DNA of 64,000 bases, taken from the NCBI RefSeq assembly GCF_009914755.1, contig NC_060939.1; one strand, given 5' to 3'. The position numbers and the translations under genes were made by a program. This document shows positions 24,651-39,255 of this stretch, in pieces. The stretch comes from the human T2T-CHM13v2.0 reference genome, Homo sapiens. Under the pieces are notes generated by a model, which made no database searches, had not been told where the DNA came from, and was given only the letters and a program-made list of their open reading frames with translations. Position 1 is the first letter of the stretch. Each line of letters begins with the position of its first letter.

Positions 24651-26329
24651 AGGGGTGGGGTGGGGGTGAGGGTCTAGATCAGTTGTCCATATTTATGCCC
24701 TTACCTACAACAGACTTGTAATTCAGGTGTGAAGAGGCAGTTTGCCATGCAATCCACAAATATTTATTGAGCGTCTCTGGTCTACTATACTTAGCCATTC
24801 AGCAGATGGCCCTACAGCTTAAGCCATCAGAATGAATAGGATCAATCTTGTGGCAATTCACTAGATTGCTCCGTGATCAGGACTAAAACCCGCACATCAG
24901 CTGCCAACTGGTTCAGTGATACACATGAACGTTGCAAGGAGTAAGATGATTTGCCTCAAATTACCCAGCACCAAGTTCCTCTCATAGAGTTGTTTAGCAG
25001 AACCAAACTGAAAGTCTGTGGCTTCACTGGCTTCATCTTTTTTCTTAAACTTGAAAAGGCTTTAGATGTAGATTCTAAAATAAAGAATACGTCGCATATG
25101 TATATGAGGATTTTTGGAGGGGAGAGAAGGGAATGTGAAGATAGGAAGTGGAAGAGAGGATAGACACATATTGAAACCATGCTCATATGAGTTGGACTCT
25201 AGGTGCTGCTTAGACTGCAGGTTTTTTGAGGCTATAGTGCATGCTCATCACTGTAAGCTAGCAGAGGGAGTGACACATAGTAGATATGCAGCAAGTGTTT
25301 TAATACATGCGCTAATTGAGTTTAACTTTTATTACATTGCAGATATAGTTTATCATGGCTGGTAAACTGAAAGGAATGAGGTTGGAGCTATGACAACCTT
25401 TTCCTAATAGAGAAAAGGGAAATGACTTGGAACGTTTTTAATACTTCCTTTTGGAAAATCTCATTTTAAGGTTCCCAGGGGGAATCAGCACCCCTTTCAG
25501 GGCCTGAGTCTTCCAGATAAACTCATCTGCCACTAACGGTCCCCAGTCCCCCACTTTCCCACCTCCCTCACCTTCCCCCTTGGTCCTGCCATACTCAACC
25601 CCCTCACCCAAGATAACCTGTTTAGACATTAGAGTTCCCAAGCCATCATTAACCCTTTGATTAACATAAAGTATAATCAATCCATGGTTAAGTTTAATAG
25701 TGGAGGTAATAAGCTTCAAAACAGGAAAGACCAGAAGTTCTGTGTAGTATAAGTATGCTTATTAAAACACATAATAAAGGAAAAATAAAATGAAAACAGT
25801 TACATTAGGGAATGATCAAGTCAATTGCTTTGCCAAGAATTGCTCCGCCAAGAATTGCTCCAGGGGTTCAATTTTCCATGGTATATTTAAGTCTGTTACA
25901 AGTTAATAGTTATGTGACAGATAGTCTTAGAGACGAATCTTAAGTCTGAAGAATCACTGCCAATTAAAGATCAATCAGAAATTATAAAATAGGTCAATAG
26001 GGAAAAAGGATTAAGCATATACAAATTCAGTGTTGGGAACTCTTCAGGAATATTCGAGTGACATAAAGCAGAGAACCTGTTTAGTTTAGTAATCGGTCTG
26101 GCTCCCACCCAGTTGCTTGTTGAAGCGAAGGGCAAGCTGCCTCCCCCTGCGCAGAGCACACTTGCCTACAGACGGGATCTAAAATAAACTGGCCTGGTTC
26201 AACTAGACTAATAATAACAGCTAGCACTTACTGTGTGCTTACCATGTGCCATGGCACAGTGCCTAGCACTTCAAATATGTTATCTAATTTAATCCTCACT
26301 CTACCTCTGGGAGTATAGGACTAATAGCT

Positions 26330-26865
26330 AACTAAGAGCCAACATATATTGAGTGCTTACTATGTGCCTGGTACACTTTTAAGAACATGTATTAAATCAT
26401 TTGATCAGCATTCTTTGACGTGAGTAACATTATTAGGAATATTCTCATTTTGTACAGGAGGAAACTGAGTCATGGGTGATGAAGTCATTTTCCTAGGGTC
26501 AAACAGCTAGTGACTAGTGGAACCAGGGTACCTGGACCCATGATAGGCAGTGTGAGTAAGAACATGAACTCTTGGAGTCAACTTCGTGGGGGCTGTGAGT
26601 TTTGGAGTGTGACTGATAAGCTGTGTAATCTTTAACAAATTACTTCACCTCTTTGAGACTCATTTTCACCTTATAAAAGGTGGATGATGGTGGTAATACC
26701 CACCTCCTAGGGGTGTTGTGAGACACAGATGAATTAATATTTGAACAGCACTTATAATAGTGCTTGGCATGTAGTGAGTGCTATAAATATATCAGTGTCT
26801 GTTAAATAAAAATAAATGCAGGCTGGCTCCAGAGCCTATGCTTTTAGCCCTTGTACTGTGCTGTC
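26330..26865. mobile_element. Nested MIRs: a + strand MIR (~26545-26815) inside a - strand MIR
   Basis: The minus MIR breaks at ggaaccaggg...ggaccca and resumes at gcaggctggctccagagcc. Confidence 0.65.
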
Positions 26866-27257
26866 TTTTCACATGTGATTTTATCCTATTTCTTTAACTG
26901 ATATATGTACCTTGAGGCCAGTTCCACAACAGCTACCCTGCACTCCCACTCACTATACTTGCCACACATTCAGCCAAACTGGAAAGGGGAATTTAGAAGG
27001 AGAGGTTCAGTGGGCTGGAGATTTACCCTAGACCTTGGCACCCTTTTGAAGATTCCTAACCCCGATGTCAGCTGTTTCAGAATTGTGGTGTCAAAAATCT
27101 GGCTTCCACTGTCGGTACTGTTGAAGGACTAAACATGGATAATTAGCACATGTTCTGTGCTGGTGGCCCTGGGGCTATTAAAAATCTGAATAATGTCATA
27201 AAAATTTAAGCACACTCCAGGCCATCTCTGTCGTCACGCACATCTTTGATCTCCACC

Positions 27258-27520
27258 AGTGGTCTTCAGACTTTAAATTTCCTCACAATCATATAGGGTT
27301 AAAATGCAGATTCCCAGAGCTCCAACATCAATGGGTCTGTTTCGCTGCGTCTGGAATGAAGCCCAGTAGTCTGTGTTTTTAAGGAACACTTCAGGTAACT
27401 TGTGCCCATTGTCCCTTCACCACATTTTGAGAAATGGTGCTCTAGTGTAGCCAGAGCTCCTCAAACATCAGTGTGCCTACAGATTGCCTGGCATCTTGCT
27501 AAAATGCAGATTTCTATCCA
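27258..27520. mobile_element. MER5-family (hAT-Charlie) DNA transposon remnants
   Basis: cagtggtcttcagactt ... ttaaaatgcagattcccag ... cacattttgagaa, followed by a second partial copy. Confidence 0.65.
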
Positions 27521-28600
27521 AACAAGGTGCTAGACCTCAGGGCTACTGTTGGCAGGCCACTCAGTAGTAGATCTAAGACCTCTTGCCTACGGCACGAAGA
27601 GAATGATTATGAGCTGAAGACATCCCAGCTAGCTCATGAAAGACTAAAGAAAGTAATAAAATCTGCTCAGAGCTAAAGTGGCTTCCCCCCCAACCCCCCC
27701 AGTTTGCAAAGGATCTTTATAGTGAGCAGAAATTATGAAAGAAAAAGGGCACTCACTTATTTCTGCTGACCGGCCTATATCATTTCATAAATGAAGTCCT
27801 GGGCCAGTATTCATAGCAACAGTTTTTGATTTAATGATAAACTGAGATAAGGGTAATCAAACTTCATGCTTCAGGGCATAAGGTGATTGCCTGCTGCGGT
27901 CAGGATGGAATTTTTTCCCTTGTGCTTTGCACAATTGACTAGATGCATTAGAGAGAGTGCTCAAGCCGTGCTTGGAAGAGCTGGAGGCCCAGCAGAAAGC
28001 TCCGCTGGCTGAGATCATATGGGAAATGGTTTGGGTTGCAGTGAACAACCCCCATCATCATTTGGCTTTATCATTTTTGTTTCATATTAAGCTTCTGTGT
28101 ACCGTATGTGTGTATTTCTATAAGCCACACAATGAAGCTGGGAGCATACTGCATTTGGAAGCAGATGCCCTGTACTCCAGCCCTGGCCAACAGAATGAGC
28201 TTCTGAGTTACCTAAGGAAAGCACTCCCCACTTGGAGACTCAGTTTCCTCACCTGTGGATCCCTTACTCACCCTGCACGATTAGAATGAGCATTAAATAA
28301 GACAGTATGGACAAAAGTGCTTCATAAAAACCAGATAGGTGCTGCTCTAGTGAAAAGTATTATTATGATACAATGAAATATACTTTGGGGAATCACTTTA
28401 TTATAATCAGCCATATATAAATTCATACTCTGTGTGGTGACATCATAAACATAATGACAGCAAACATTTATTGAGTTCTTAATCTGTGCCAAGCACTGAA
28501 GTTTTGTTTACATTCTCTCATCTAATGCTCATATCAGCCTTTTGGGGCACTTAGTTTTACCTCTCATTTTATAGATGAGGACACAGATGCTCAAGGAGCA

Positions 28601-29082
28601 TCACTTAGTTTCCGATCGCTGTTGTAACGAATTTCCACAAACGCATTGGCCTAAAGCCACACAGATGTATTATTTTAGTTCTGGAGGTCAGAAGTCTGAA
28701 ACGGGTTTCCCTGAGCTAAAATCCAGATAGCAGCTCCAGGAGAGAATGTGTCCTTGCCTTTTCCAGCTTCTCAGGCTGTCTTCATTTCTTCTCACACGTG
28801 ACCCTTTTCCTCCATCTTCAAAGCCAGCAATCCTATGACTGAGACTTCTTCCATAGTCACTTCTCCCTCTCCGACTCTTCTGCCTCTCTCTTCCATCTTC
28901 AAAGGACCCTTGTGGTTAGCTTCGGACCACTCAGATAATCCAGAATAATCTCCCTATTTTAATATCCATTACTTAATTATAATGCAGAGTCCCTCTCGCC
29001 ATGTAAGGCAGCATATTTACCCATTCCAGGGATTACGGCATGGACATCTTTGAGGGGTGTGGACATTATTCTTCCTCCCACA
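28601..29082 (-). mobile_element. MLT1 (MLT1B/C-like) MaLR solo LTR inserted into a MIR
   Basis: agttctggaggtcagaagtctgaa ... ggacatctttgagggg...attattcttcctcccaca; MIR text flanks both sides (~28450-28600 and ~29083-29180). Confidence 0.8.
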
Positions 29083-30086
29083 GTGAAGTACCTTGCTAGG
29101 AGCGTGCGGCCAGAGTCAGAATTCACACCCAAGGCTGTCACTTCAAAGTCCAGCATCTCAATTACTCACTATAAACCCTTCGATTTAATCAGTGAAGCAA
29201 ACAATAAAATCATAGAATGTGAGTGGTGAGAAAAGCCCTGTTGCTTTTAGACTAATCCATTGGGGACTTTTAAATATAATCATCATAGTAGTAACAACAC
29301 AAACATTGACCTCCTGATCTTCAAGTCCTGCTTTGTACATGGAGTCGTTCATTTATTTCTTCTCAGGGTGTATATTATTTATCCAATTAACCAGATTTAC
29401 AGGGATCCCTGAATCCATTTGTCTTTCACTGGATAACTGAAGGAACAAGGAGCATTTTGGGGGCCAAGGGACCACTTTGGAGGTCTATAGGAATGTGTTT
29501 TAATGGAACTACTAGTTCAGCAAAGGGTAGTTGAAGAAGGATGGCAGGGGCAGTTGGGCCATCATTTTCTGGCTCTGGCACTGCCCCTTGGCAGATTGGA
29601 TGGGGTTTGTCAGGTAAGATCACCCCACTCCATCTGCTGATAGCCAAGTCCATTTCCAGCCTGTGAGGATTGATACCCACAGAGGCCAATCAGAAAATCC
29701 AGAGCCTATATTCTGCTAGGTTTCCAAAGAACTGTAGAAAGCTATCAGAGATCCCTCCCTCACTCTCTTACCCATCTCTCCCGCTCTTCTCTTCACTACA
29801 CACTTAGCTAATCTCTGGTTTAATGTAACTTTAAAGTTCAAAATGTGTGCTCATTACTGAAAAGGCTGTCAGAGCAATTCGAAAAAGGAGCTGAGAGTCT
29901 GGAAGAACACAGCCTAGCTGAACTGTTAGACAACCAGATTATCTGTGGACAAGGACTGGCCTTGCTAGCCTTAGTTTTCTCCTTAGGACAAAGAGAGGTG
30001 GTGATGGGCGGGAGAGAGTCTATATGACCTCCAGAGTTCTTTCTAGTAGTGAGATCCCTTAATGCTATGTTTATCTTCCCATTTTA

Positions 30087-30994
<908 letters not shown>

Positions 30995-32174
30995 CTATTT
31001 TAATTACCTAAGCAGTACAATCAAATACCATGCTGATTTTAGAAAATATTAATCTACTTCATGAATGTGCATGTAGCTACCTGTGAAAAGAGACAGACAC
31101 ACAGATAGTCCAACTTCTCAAATTTATTATTGCCATTTACATTTTGCAACACTTTGCCCTTTTCTTTTGGGATCACGTAAACTTCATTGCTGCTAATATA
31201 GTTTTGAGACTCAATTTTCAGAAATACATAGATAATATTTTCAGTTAGCAGTAATTGCACCTCATTCAGCTCTCAGGGGTCGATGCCTTACCTTTGCACA
31301 ATTTCCCAGTAATTTTCAGTTATATCCCCAAAGAGCCACTGCCCCCCCGCCCCCGGTTGAACACATAGAACTGAGAAGGCAAATGAGTTTCAAAGTAGAG
31401 AGCCAAACCTGACTTACTGGTAGTGGCTGTTGCAGCTTGTGCTTCAGAAATTTGTAGGCCTGCATCCAAGGACAAAGAGAAAGAGAATGCCTTCATAGAT
31501 TGGCAAAGTGTTCTATGAAAAAGGGAGAGTGTATGGTAGCCCTCATTGAGCATGGTCTTTGTACAGGTTGATAAGTGTCTAATGCAGATGTCACCTGAAG
31601 TGATGTCCCAGCTAGCTGCAAGAACAGAGCTTGAATTATCTGATCCATGGGAAGGCAGATAAGTAACTTCCAATGCATAAAAAAACTTGGTAATTATTAC
31701 TGTACCCAGTTCTTGCCATTTGATTTATTTTGTTGCCTTTTTCCACAATTATTCCTGCTGTCTTTAACACTCCATCAAAGATTCAAAATATATGATAAAT
31801 GGTTATGCTACCATAGATATCACCTTCACTACACATATATGTATATGTATGTACATATGTCCACGCTATACATAGGTGTATGTAAATATAGACATATATA
31901 AAAATATAACACACCACACATAGACATGTGCCCCTATAGAGATTTTAAATGATAGCCTTCAACGTCAGACAGACGTAGGTTGGAAACCCATCCTGTTTCC
32001 TTAACAGATTTGAGAAATTGGGTATATCACTAGACCTCCGAGTCTAGTTTCCTTTTCTGTAAAATGGAGAAAATATTCTTAAAGAGATGTGAAATCGGTT
32101 AAATATAATGCATGGAAATTGACCGTCACAGTTCCTAGAACACAATAAGGTGCTCAGTCATGTTGGGTTTTCCA

Positions 32175-32630
32175 TTGTTAGTATGCTTTGGACTACAGGT
32201 AAGAGGAAACCTAATTTAAAATTGCTTAAACAATTAGGATCGTATTAAGTCACATAGTAAGAAGTCCTGAAATGTGGTTGCTCCAAGGTTGGTTAATTCT
32301 TTGGCTAAACAAAGTCATCAAAGACTCAGGTGTTTTCCATGTTTCTTCTCTGCCATTCTCAACCTGTTAACCTTCTGCTTTGCTAGCTCCTTCCATGTTC
32401 CTAGTAGGACTGGTACATTCAAGGTGAGAATCCAACAGATCAAGAGACAAACTCTCCCAGGAAACCTTTCCTAGTAACAGATTTTCCCGGGCTCTCATTG
32501 GATAACATCATGTCACCTGCTCATGTATGAAGCCTAAAGCAGTCTTGGGCAGGGGAATGGGACCACCTCAGTTGACCCAAATGGGAGAGATTGGCTTACC
32601 AGTGGATACACAAACAAAATCACCATTTTG
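32175..32630 (-). mobile_element. Old MLT1-type LTR
   Basis: ttagtatgctttggactacaggtaagaggaaacc...gcttaaacaat start; degenerate. Confidence 0.45.
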
Positions 32631-33624
32631 TTATAGAGAATTATACATTGTTATTTATACCATTGTTATTTATACATATTACCTACACATAGTGTACATT
32701 AAACACATTTGTGAATGTGCTCAAACTATTCAAAGTTTGGTGTTTGGCCAGCAGTGTTTTTCTGCATGATTTGAAAATTTTGCATACTTGGAACAGAATT
32801 TGCATTTGATTAGGCAATTAAAAAAAATAAAAGATATGACACTGCAAGAAAATGCTACAAAAATGTAGGCAGGATTCATAAAACGACTTCTCTTTCACTA
32901 TACTTCCATATTTGTTTCCTGTAGCTTCTTTTAAATGAGAAATAAGATACCCCTGCCAGATTAACACTTTGAAACATCATAGTAAACACGAGCCGTAATT
33001 ATGAAGGCACTTTTATCTCTTGAGAGGTGGAGACACAGATGCTAACTCGATTCTCTTCAACTCTGTAAGACATTTCATGATTATAAATTCACATTTTCTC
33101 ATGGTTCCTACTTCAAAAAGCTCATTAACCCTTAAAGCTCTAAAGCTAAAGTTTCGTAGTGTTTCTGTTACATGTGATAAATTCTGTATCTACTGAGGAC
33201 AGGTACCCACTCACTTTTTTTTAATCTTTCTTATCACTTAATGAAATACACTGCAAACTACCTAAGTGGAACTCTTGGCCTGGCTCCGAGTCCTCCTTCA
33301 CCCTGTCCTGTTTAACCTCTTTTCCTGGTACAATAATACAATAAATCAGTCCTAAGACATCATAAAACACAGGTAAGGAGGCTCCTTCTTTACCTCTCTT
33401 TGTACAGCTGATGTTTCTTTGCAAGAAGCTGTAAAAATTAACCACCTAGATTTTCAATATTTGAAATTTCTACTGTCAGTGTTTTCTAGTTGCATTTTTG
33501 TTCACCAAGGTAAAACTTCACTCAGGCTTCATTGAATACGAGTCTTGTTCCTTAAGGGAAAGCAATAACCCTTGCTTCGCTACTCTCTCTATATTCAGCC
33601 TGCAATTTTCCTTCCCAACTGTGC

Positions 33625-33820
33625 ATCCTTGTGAGTCCAGAGAGTCCGGGGTTCAAATTCTGAGTCTGCCACTTAACCCCTCAGAGCCTGGTTTTCCTCA
33701 CTGGAAAGTTAGGATAATATTTCTACCAAATAAGGATGTTACTAGGTCTTCAGGAGGACATACATGCAAGGCACTTAGCATGGTATCTGACATAAACTCA
33801 CTAAGTTATAGTAGTTTTGG
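33625..33820 (+). mobile_element. MIR
   Basis: gggttcaaattctgagtctgccactt...ttttcctcactggaaag...gcacttagcatggt. Confidence 0.65.
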
Positions 33821-36800
33821 TTTTTATATTTACTATTTTCAAATCAAGGATGTTTGGCAATATGTAAAATATTCATATAGGAAAGGCTTATGGATTTTAT
33901 ACATGGATTGGTTCCTCCCCCAAAAAAAGTATTTGGATGGCTACTTCTAAAAGCATAAAGAGACAGAGAAAATATAAGAACAAGTCTGCATGTGGCATTT
34001 CTTGAGCCCATCAGAGCACAGAAGCAGCACCACATGTACACACGGCCACTCACTGCTGAACCTGATTCTGGAGACTTGTTTGTGATGGGGTGGGAAGGTT
34101 TATCATGTTGTGAAGTATTTTCAGATGATGAATTTTAGAACGTAAATGATGGACAAAGTACTCATAGTAACTTTCTGGATTAGCTCAACCTGTCCCTCAG
34201 TCGTAGTAGTAATTTTTAAGATCCCTCTAGGTATAGAAGCATCTTACTCACTCACTTATTCATTCATTCATTTATTCATGCAACAGATAATTTTAGAGCA
34301 TCTTCAGTGTTCACAGAGCTTTTCTTCCCCTTTGCCTTCAAAGCATCAAAGTCCAGTAAATCATGGAACAACTGCATGTAGCATCAGTTTCCTGGGTATG
34401 TGACCTGGAGCTGCACTTGGTCCCATGCTTGGAATGTTCTGCTGTTGCCATCTTCAAATCCTTAATTTTTTTCGAACAAGGAGAACCACACTTTTATTTA
34501 CACAGGGCCCTGCAAATCACGTAGCTGATCCTGACTTCTCCTTGTCACCAATGAAATTTACTCTGTATTGATCTGAGTAAGCAGACATGAGTTGAAAAGA
34601 GCCACAGAATTTGCGTCTTGAGTTTCCACTGTGTCACATACTCAGGAAGCTACCTAATTTCTGGTCCTTGGTTTTCTCAGCTGTAAACTAAGGCAGACTA
34701 CACATGGTCTCCAAGAACATGGCTGGTAATCTTGATACCTCAGGGAATAAGACATAGGTAAAATAATGCCAAGCCTAGGTTTGAGTTTTAAGTGTGGTGA
34801 CTCTACTTTCAAAACTAGAAATTAGGGGATTATGGGAATTATGGGACCAAAATAAAAATTGAAATTAGCACTCTTCTTGAGAAAGTTGAGCTGTGTAGTT
34901 GAAATCTTTGACTTCTAGCCAAGGCCTACATGCAGTTTGGTGGTTTTTAAAATATAAAATCAAATTGATTGAGCACTGTTATTATTCTGCTCATTTCATT
35001 TGGATCTGTCCTTTTGTTTCTGTAGATTTTATGCTAATTTCCCAGAAGAGACTTAACTCACTCCTGTACTTTTGCCACACTTAAAAAAAAATCTATAGCC
35101 AAGACCTTAAAACTCTAATATACAAATATTGACATCCCTGAGGATTTTCTGATTTTCAGCCCAAGAAGTTTTGTGTGTTGGGAGATTATAATAAAAATAT
35201 GTTGCCAGCCCTCTGGCATGGGCACTAACCAATCAAAACAGACCCCACAATGTGGTACCAAGTGATTGGCAGCCCTACAGTCTTACATGACAACAATAAC
35301 TTTTAGAGAAGGCACTACGGTATAGTCATCATGGCCCAAATATCTGTTCTCCAGTGACCCAGACTCTCCAAGATGCAAGAAAGAGGTACCACTAAACACA
35401 GTGAGTCTGTATTTATTCAGTGTGGGAACCAAGATCTCTCCTAGTTCAGTCAGCTTGCACCTCTGCAAGCATTGCTACAAAGTCTGTATTAAAAGTTATA
35501 GCTGTTTAATGGCAGACACAGACTTCAGATACACTTGTTTTTCATCCACTTAAGGTCACTGACAAATGGAAATGATAAAAGACATTTCAGAGAAAACAAA
35601 CAACTCCAAATTAACTGAGATTCCACAATCATCATTTTTAGATACATCTTCAGTTCTGCTTGAAGCTGTCATTTACTTGAGCAAATTTAAGATCACAAGA
35701 GAATGTGATGCTCAGAGTGTCTCTAATCACCCGCCTAAACGTTTGCATCATTAAGTTGGTCTCTCCACTTCACAAGCCTGCCGTCGGCCTGAAGAGATGG
35801 GGAGCTTTTCCGTAATGGTGAAAGCCCACAAACAACTCCAGTGTAAGTCACAGTATCAAGCCAATTAAGATCAAACCTATGATGCTTAGTTGTACACATT
35901 TCATCACTTAACTATTAAACAATTTTTACTTTGACACTAATCAAGAGGTGTTAATGCAGATTCTTTTAAACAACTCAAGTGATTTAGGGTGTGTGTAAGA
36001 GACAGAAGGAGAGAAAGGGAATGATTGTCTTTTCTACTTTCCAGAGCTATCTTTGGGCCTCTTAAAATTTGTTATCCAGTTTGTGGGGTTTGTTTATTTA
36101 TTGACTTAGCTTAATTTAATTGTATTCAATTTATTTTTATTTTATTTTGTTGGAGAACATTCTGACTTGAGTCTGTTGGTCTGTTTTATTGTGTAGCAGT
36201 AGGCTGTTTAGCTTAGAAGCCTACTAAGAAATGAGGGAGTTTACATTTTAGCTCCCAAGCCCCTAATGGTTGGCTAACTGTGTTTACATTTGTATTAGCA
36301 TTGAGTGGGCTGATTTGAAAAGAGCCACAGAGATAAGAGAAGTCTGACTCCTTGTCACCCTGACAGAGGCAGAATTGCAGAATCACCCTTATCTGCTATG
36401 ATTATCTTACGACTGAGAAAAATGCTCAATGTGACCAAATTTTGAAATAGATTCAGTGTTCCAAGCAGCTATGTATCTTCAAAGTAAAATATAAACAAGT
36501 CATCTGTAGAAATTTGTTTATGAAAACACAGATTTACTGTTTTGCTACATATCCAGATAGGAATTTACTTAAGGCTTAGTTTGTCGCTTATTTGGATCGT
36601 GGTGATGTAGGGTGATTACTCTAGCAAAAAGCAAGAAGGCTGGTACAGAAAATGTCCTTACTTCCTGCTGTCATACACACAGGACTTTAAGCAGGATTTT
36701 GGAATTTAAATAAGCCAGAACTTCCTTCTCCATTTCCCTGTGCATGTTTTAGAGTTGAGGAAGATCTTAAATACCAGTATTTGAACAACTGAGGTACAAA

Positions 36801-37084
36801 TGTTTTTGGCTTTAAATATTCAAGTACACAATTGCAATCAGTTTTTTGTTTGCTTTTACTGGTGTAGATTAGACCACTGAGAAGTTTAAGCCAGGTTTTC
36901 TTACTCCTGTGTGATTGTAATTCTTAACTTTTAATACAAAAGACAATCCCTGTAATACCAGCACCAAGAGAACAGCGGTGATTTTGAATTGGCATGGATC
37001 TTTGTGAAAATCAGATTAAAGTTCACTCTAAAAATAGGAATTGCTGTTGCTAATTTTATTTTAGCACTTTATATTTCAGAAGCT

Positions 37085-37140
37085 TAGGAAGGAAAAAGTA
37101 GGAGGTAGGAAGGAAAAAGTAGGAGGTAAGAAGGAAAAAG
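37085..37140 (+). repeat. Purine-rich 21-bp minisatellite (~2.7 copies)
   Basis: TAGGAAGGAAAAAGTAGGAGG repeated. Confidence 0.9.
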
Positions 37141-38060
37141 GGAGCAAAAATTATAATATGCTAATTTAGCTGAAATCTCTTAATTACCTTCGTGATTTCT
37201 TAGGGTACACCCACAGTACAAATAAAACAAAACATAATCAAGGACTTGTTCTCTAGGAAGTTATCCTCTAGAATAATTACCTATTTCAAAAATCATATCC
37301 CATAGGACCCCAGTACTAGTTCTTGGTTTTATTGAACAGACAGACAATAACTGTCTTCACCAAGAAAAATGAGCTGTTTATTTGGATGGAAGGTAACTTA
37401 ATGTTTTTTAGTGAAGCATCTTCCCATCCTCCCTTTTTTAAATGTTAAAACAATTATAAAGTATTAATTTTAAAGGGGAAAAATCTAAAATAACTTAAAT
37501 TTTTAAAAATCTGTTTCCTTCTAGTATTTGTCTATATGCATCTCCGGTTTTATAAAGTTGTGATCAGTGAACATAAACCTTATATTCTGATTTTTTTTCC
37601 TTCCTAGTATTGCATCATAAGCTGAGGATTACTGGTTTTCATTATTATTATCTGAATGATTGCATCATATTTCATGAGGCTAGTGTAATATACTTTTAAC
37701 TGCTTCTCTGTGTTTACAATTTTAAGCTGTTTCCAGTTTGTTCACCATTATAAAATAAGTTTCGTTTTTTTCCTTCCTACTTTAGACTATTTGCTAAGGG
37801 TAAATCACCAGAAGTAAAATTACTAAGTCAAAGGTTAGTTTTCTAAGTGTGTGTTGTGTATGTAGGAGCATGTGTGTTACACATTGCCAAATTATTTTCT
37901 AAAATGGTTGTACTAATTTACCCTGCCATGTGCAATATATTGATTTCATCCCAACTTTACCAGTATTATCTTTAAAAAAACAGAAGCTAATTTCACCAGT
38001 GTAAAGTTGTGTCTCCTTCGTAACAATTTGCATTTCTAGTATTGCTATCAAGAAGCCTGA

Positions 38061-38479
38061 TAAACTTAAAAAAAAAAAAAAGGGTTACATATGCAGAACA
38101 TGCAGGTTTGTTCTAATAGGTATACATGTGCCATGGTGGTTTGCTGCACCTCTTGGCCCATCCTCTAAGTTCCCTCCCCTCAACCCCTACCCCAAATAGG
38201 CCCTGGTGTGTGTTGTTCCCCTCTCTGTGTCCACGTGTTCTCAATGTTCAACTCCCACTAATGAGTGAGAACATGCGGTGTTTGGTTTTCTGTTCCTGTG
38301 TTAGTTTGCTGAGGATGATGATTTCCAGCTTCATCCATGTCCCTGCAAAGGACATGATCTCATTCCTTTGTATGGCTGCATAGTATTCCATGGTGTATAT
38401 GTACCACATTTTCTTTATCCAGTGTACCATTGATGGGCATTTGGGTTCATTCCATGTCTTTGCTATTGCAAATAGTACT
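38061..38479 (-). mobile_element. 5'-truncated L1PA (L1PA8-like) 3' end with TSD
   Basis: L1PA 3'UTR and ORF2 end (WIKKMWYIYTMEYYAAI in ORF 38248-38517); AAGAAGCCTGA at 38050-38060 and 38480-38490. Confidence 0.93.
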
Positions 38480-38744
38480 AAGAAGCCTGACTTTTTAAAA
38501 AGACTGGGACAAGACATTTTAGGGACAAGTTTCTACTGTTTGACACATAGAAAAGCAATCTGAAGACTATTACTAGGGAATTGTCATAACATCTGTATTC
38601 TGACCAAAGACTCTCTGTTTCTCTGGAATGTTTCCAGCTCTGACAGCTAATTTCAATCTTCAGCTGGACTGACAGGAAAGAGCAGAGGAAGCAGGATTTC
38701 AGGATAAAGCGAGTGCTGAGGGGATCCAGGGAAGGGTTCATTTA

Positions 38745-39255
38745 TCCAGCCACCATCCCACAACTTAGTGCTTAAAACTACCACGATCATTTGTTTGGCC
38801 CCTGAATCTACAATGTGGGCAGAGCTCAGCAAAGACTCATCACTACTCTATGTAGTATCAACTGGGGTGGCTCTAGTAGGTGAGGGGGGCTCCAGGTCTA
38901 AGGTGCTCATTCTCATGGAAGGCCAGTGGGTGCTGCCTGTCAGCTCAGGGCTCAGCTAGGGCTGACAGCCATAGCCTTAGTTCCTCTCCCTATGGGCCAC
39001 TTCATGAGGATGTCTTCACAAGCAGCTTAGGCTGTTTCATACTTCAGTAGCTGGGTTCCAACAAGTGTCCAAGAAATAGGAAGTGGAAGCTGCCTATGTA
39101 TTAAGTCCTGGGCCCCAAACTGGCACAGCATCACATCACCACATTCTATTATTCAAACACTCATAGCCCAGATTCACAGGGAGGATATATACACCCACTT
39201 CTGAATGGAAACAATATAAAAAACACTGAGAGATTGTGTTTATAAACTGCCATAC
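38745..39255 (-). mobile_element. MLT1 (F/G/H-like) solo LTR
   Basis: ccacaacttagtgcttaaaac ... gggcagagctcagc ... cccagattcacagggagg. Confidence 0.7.
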
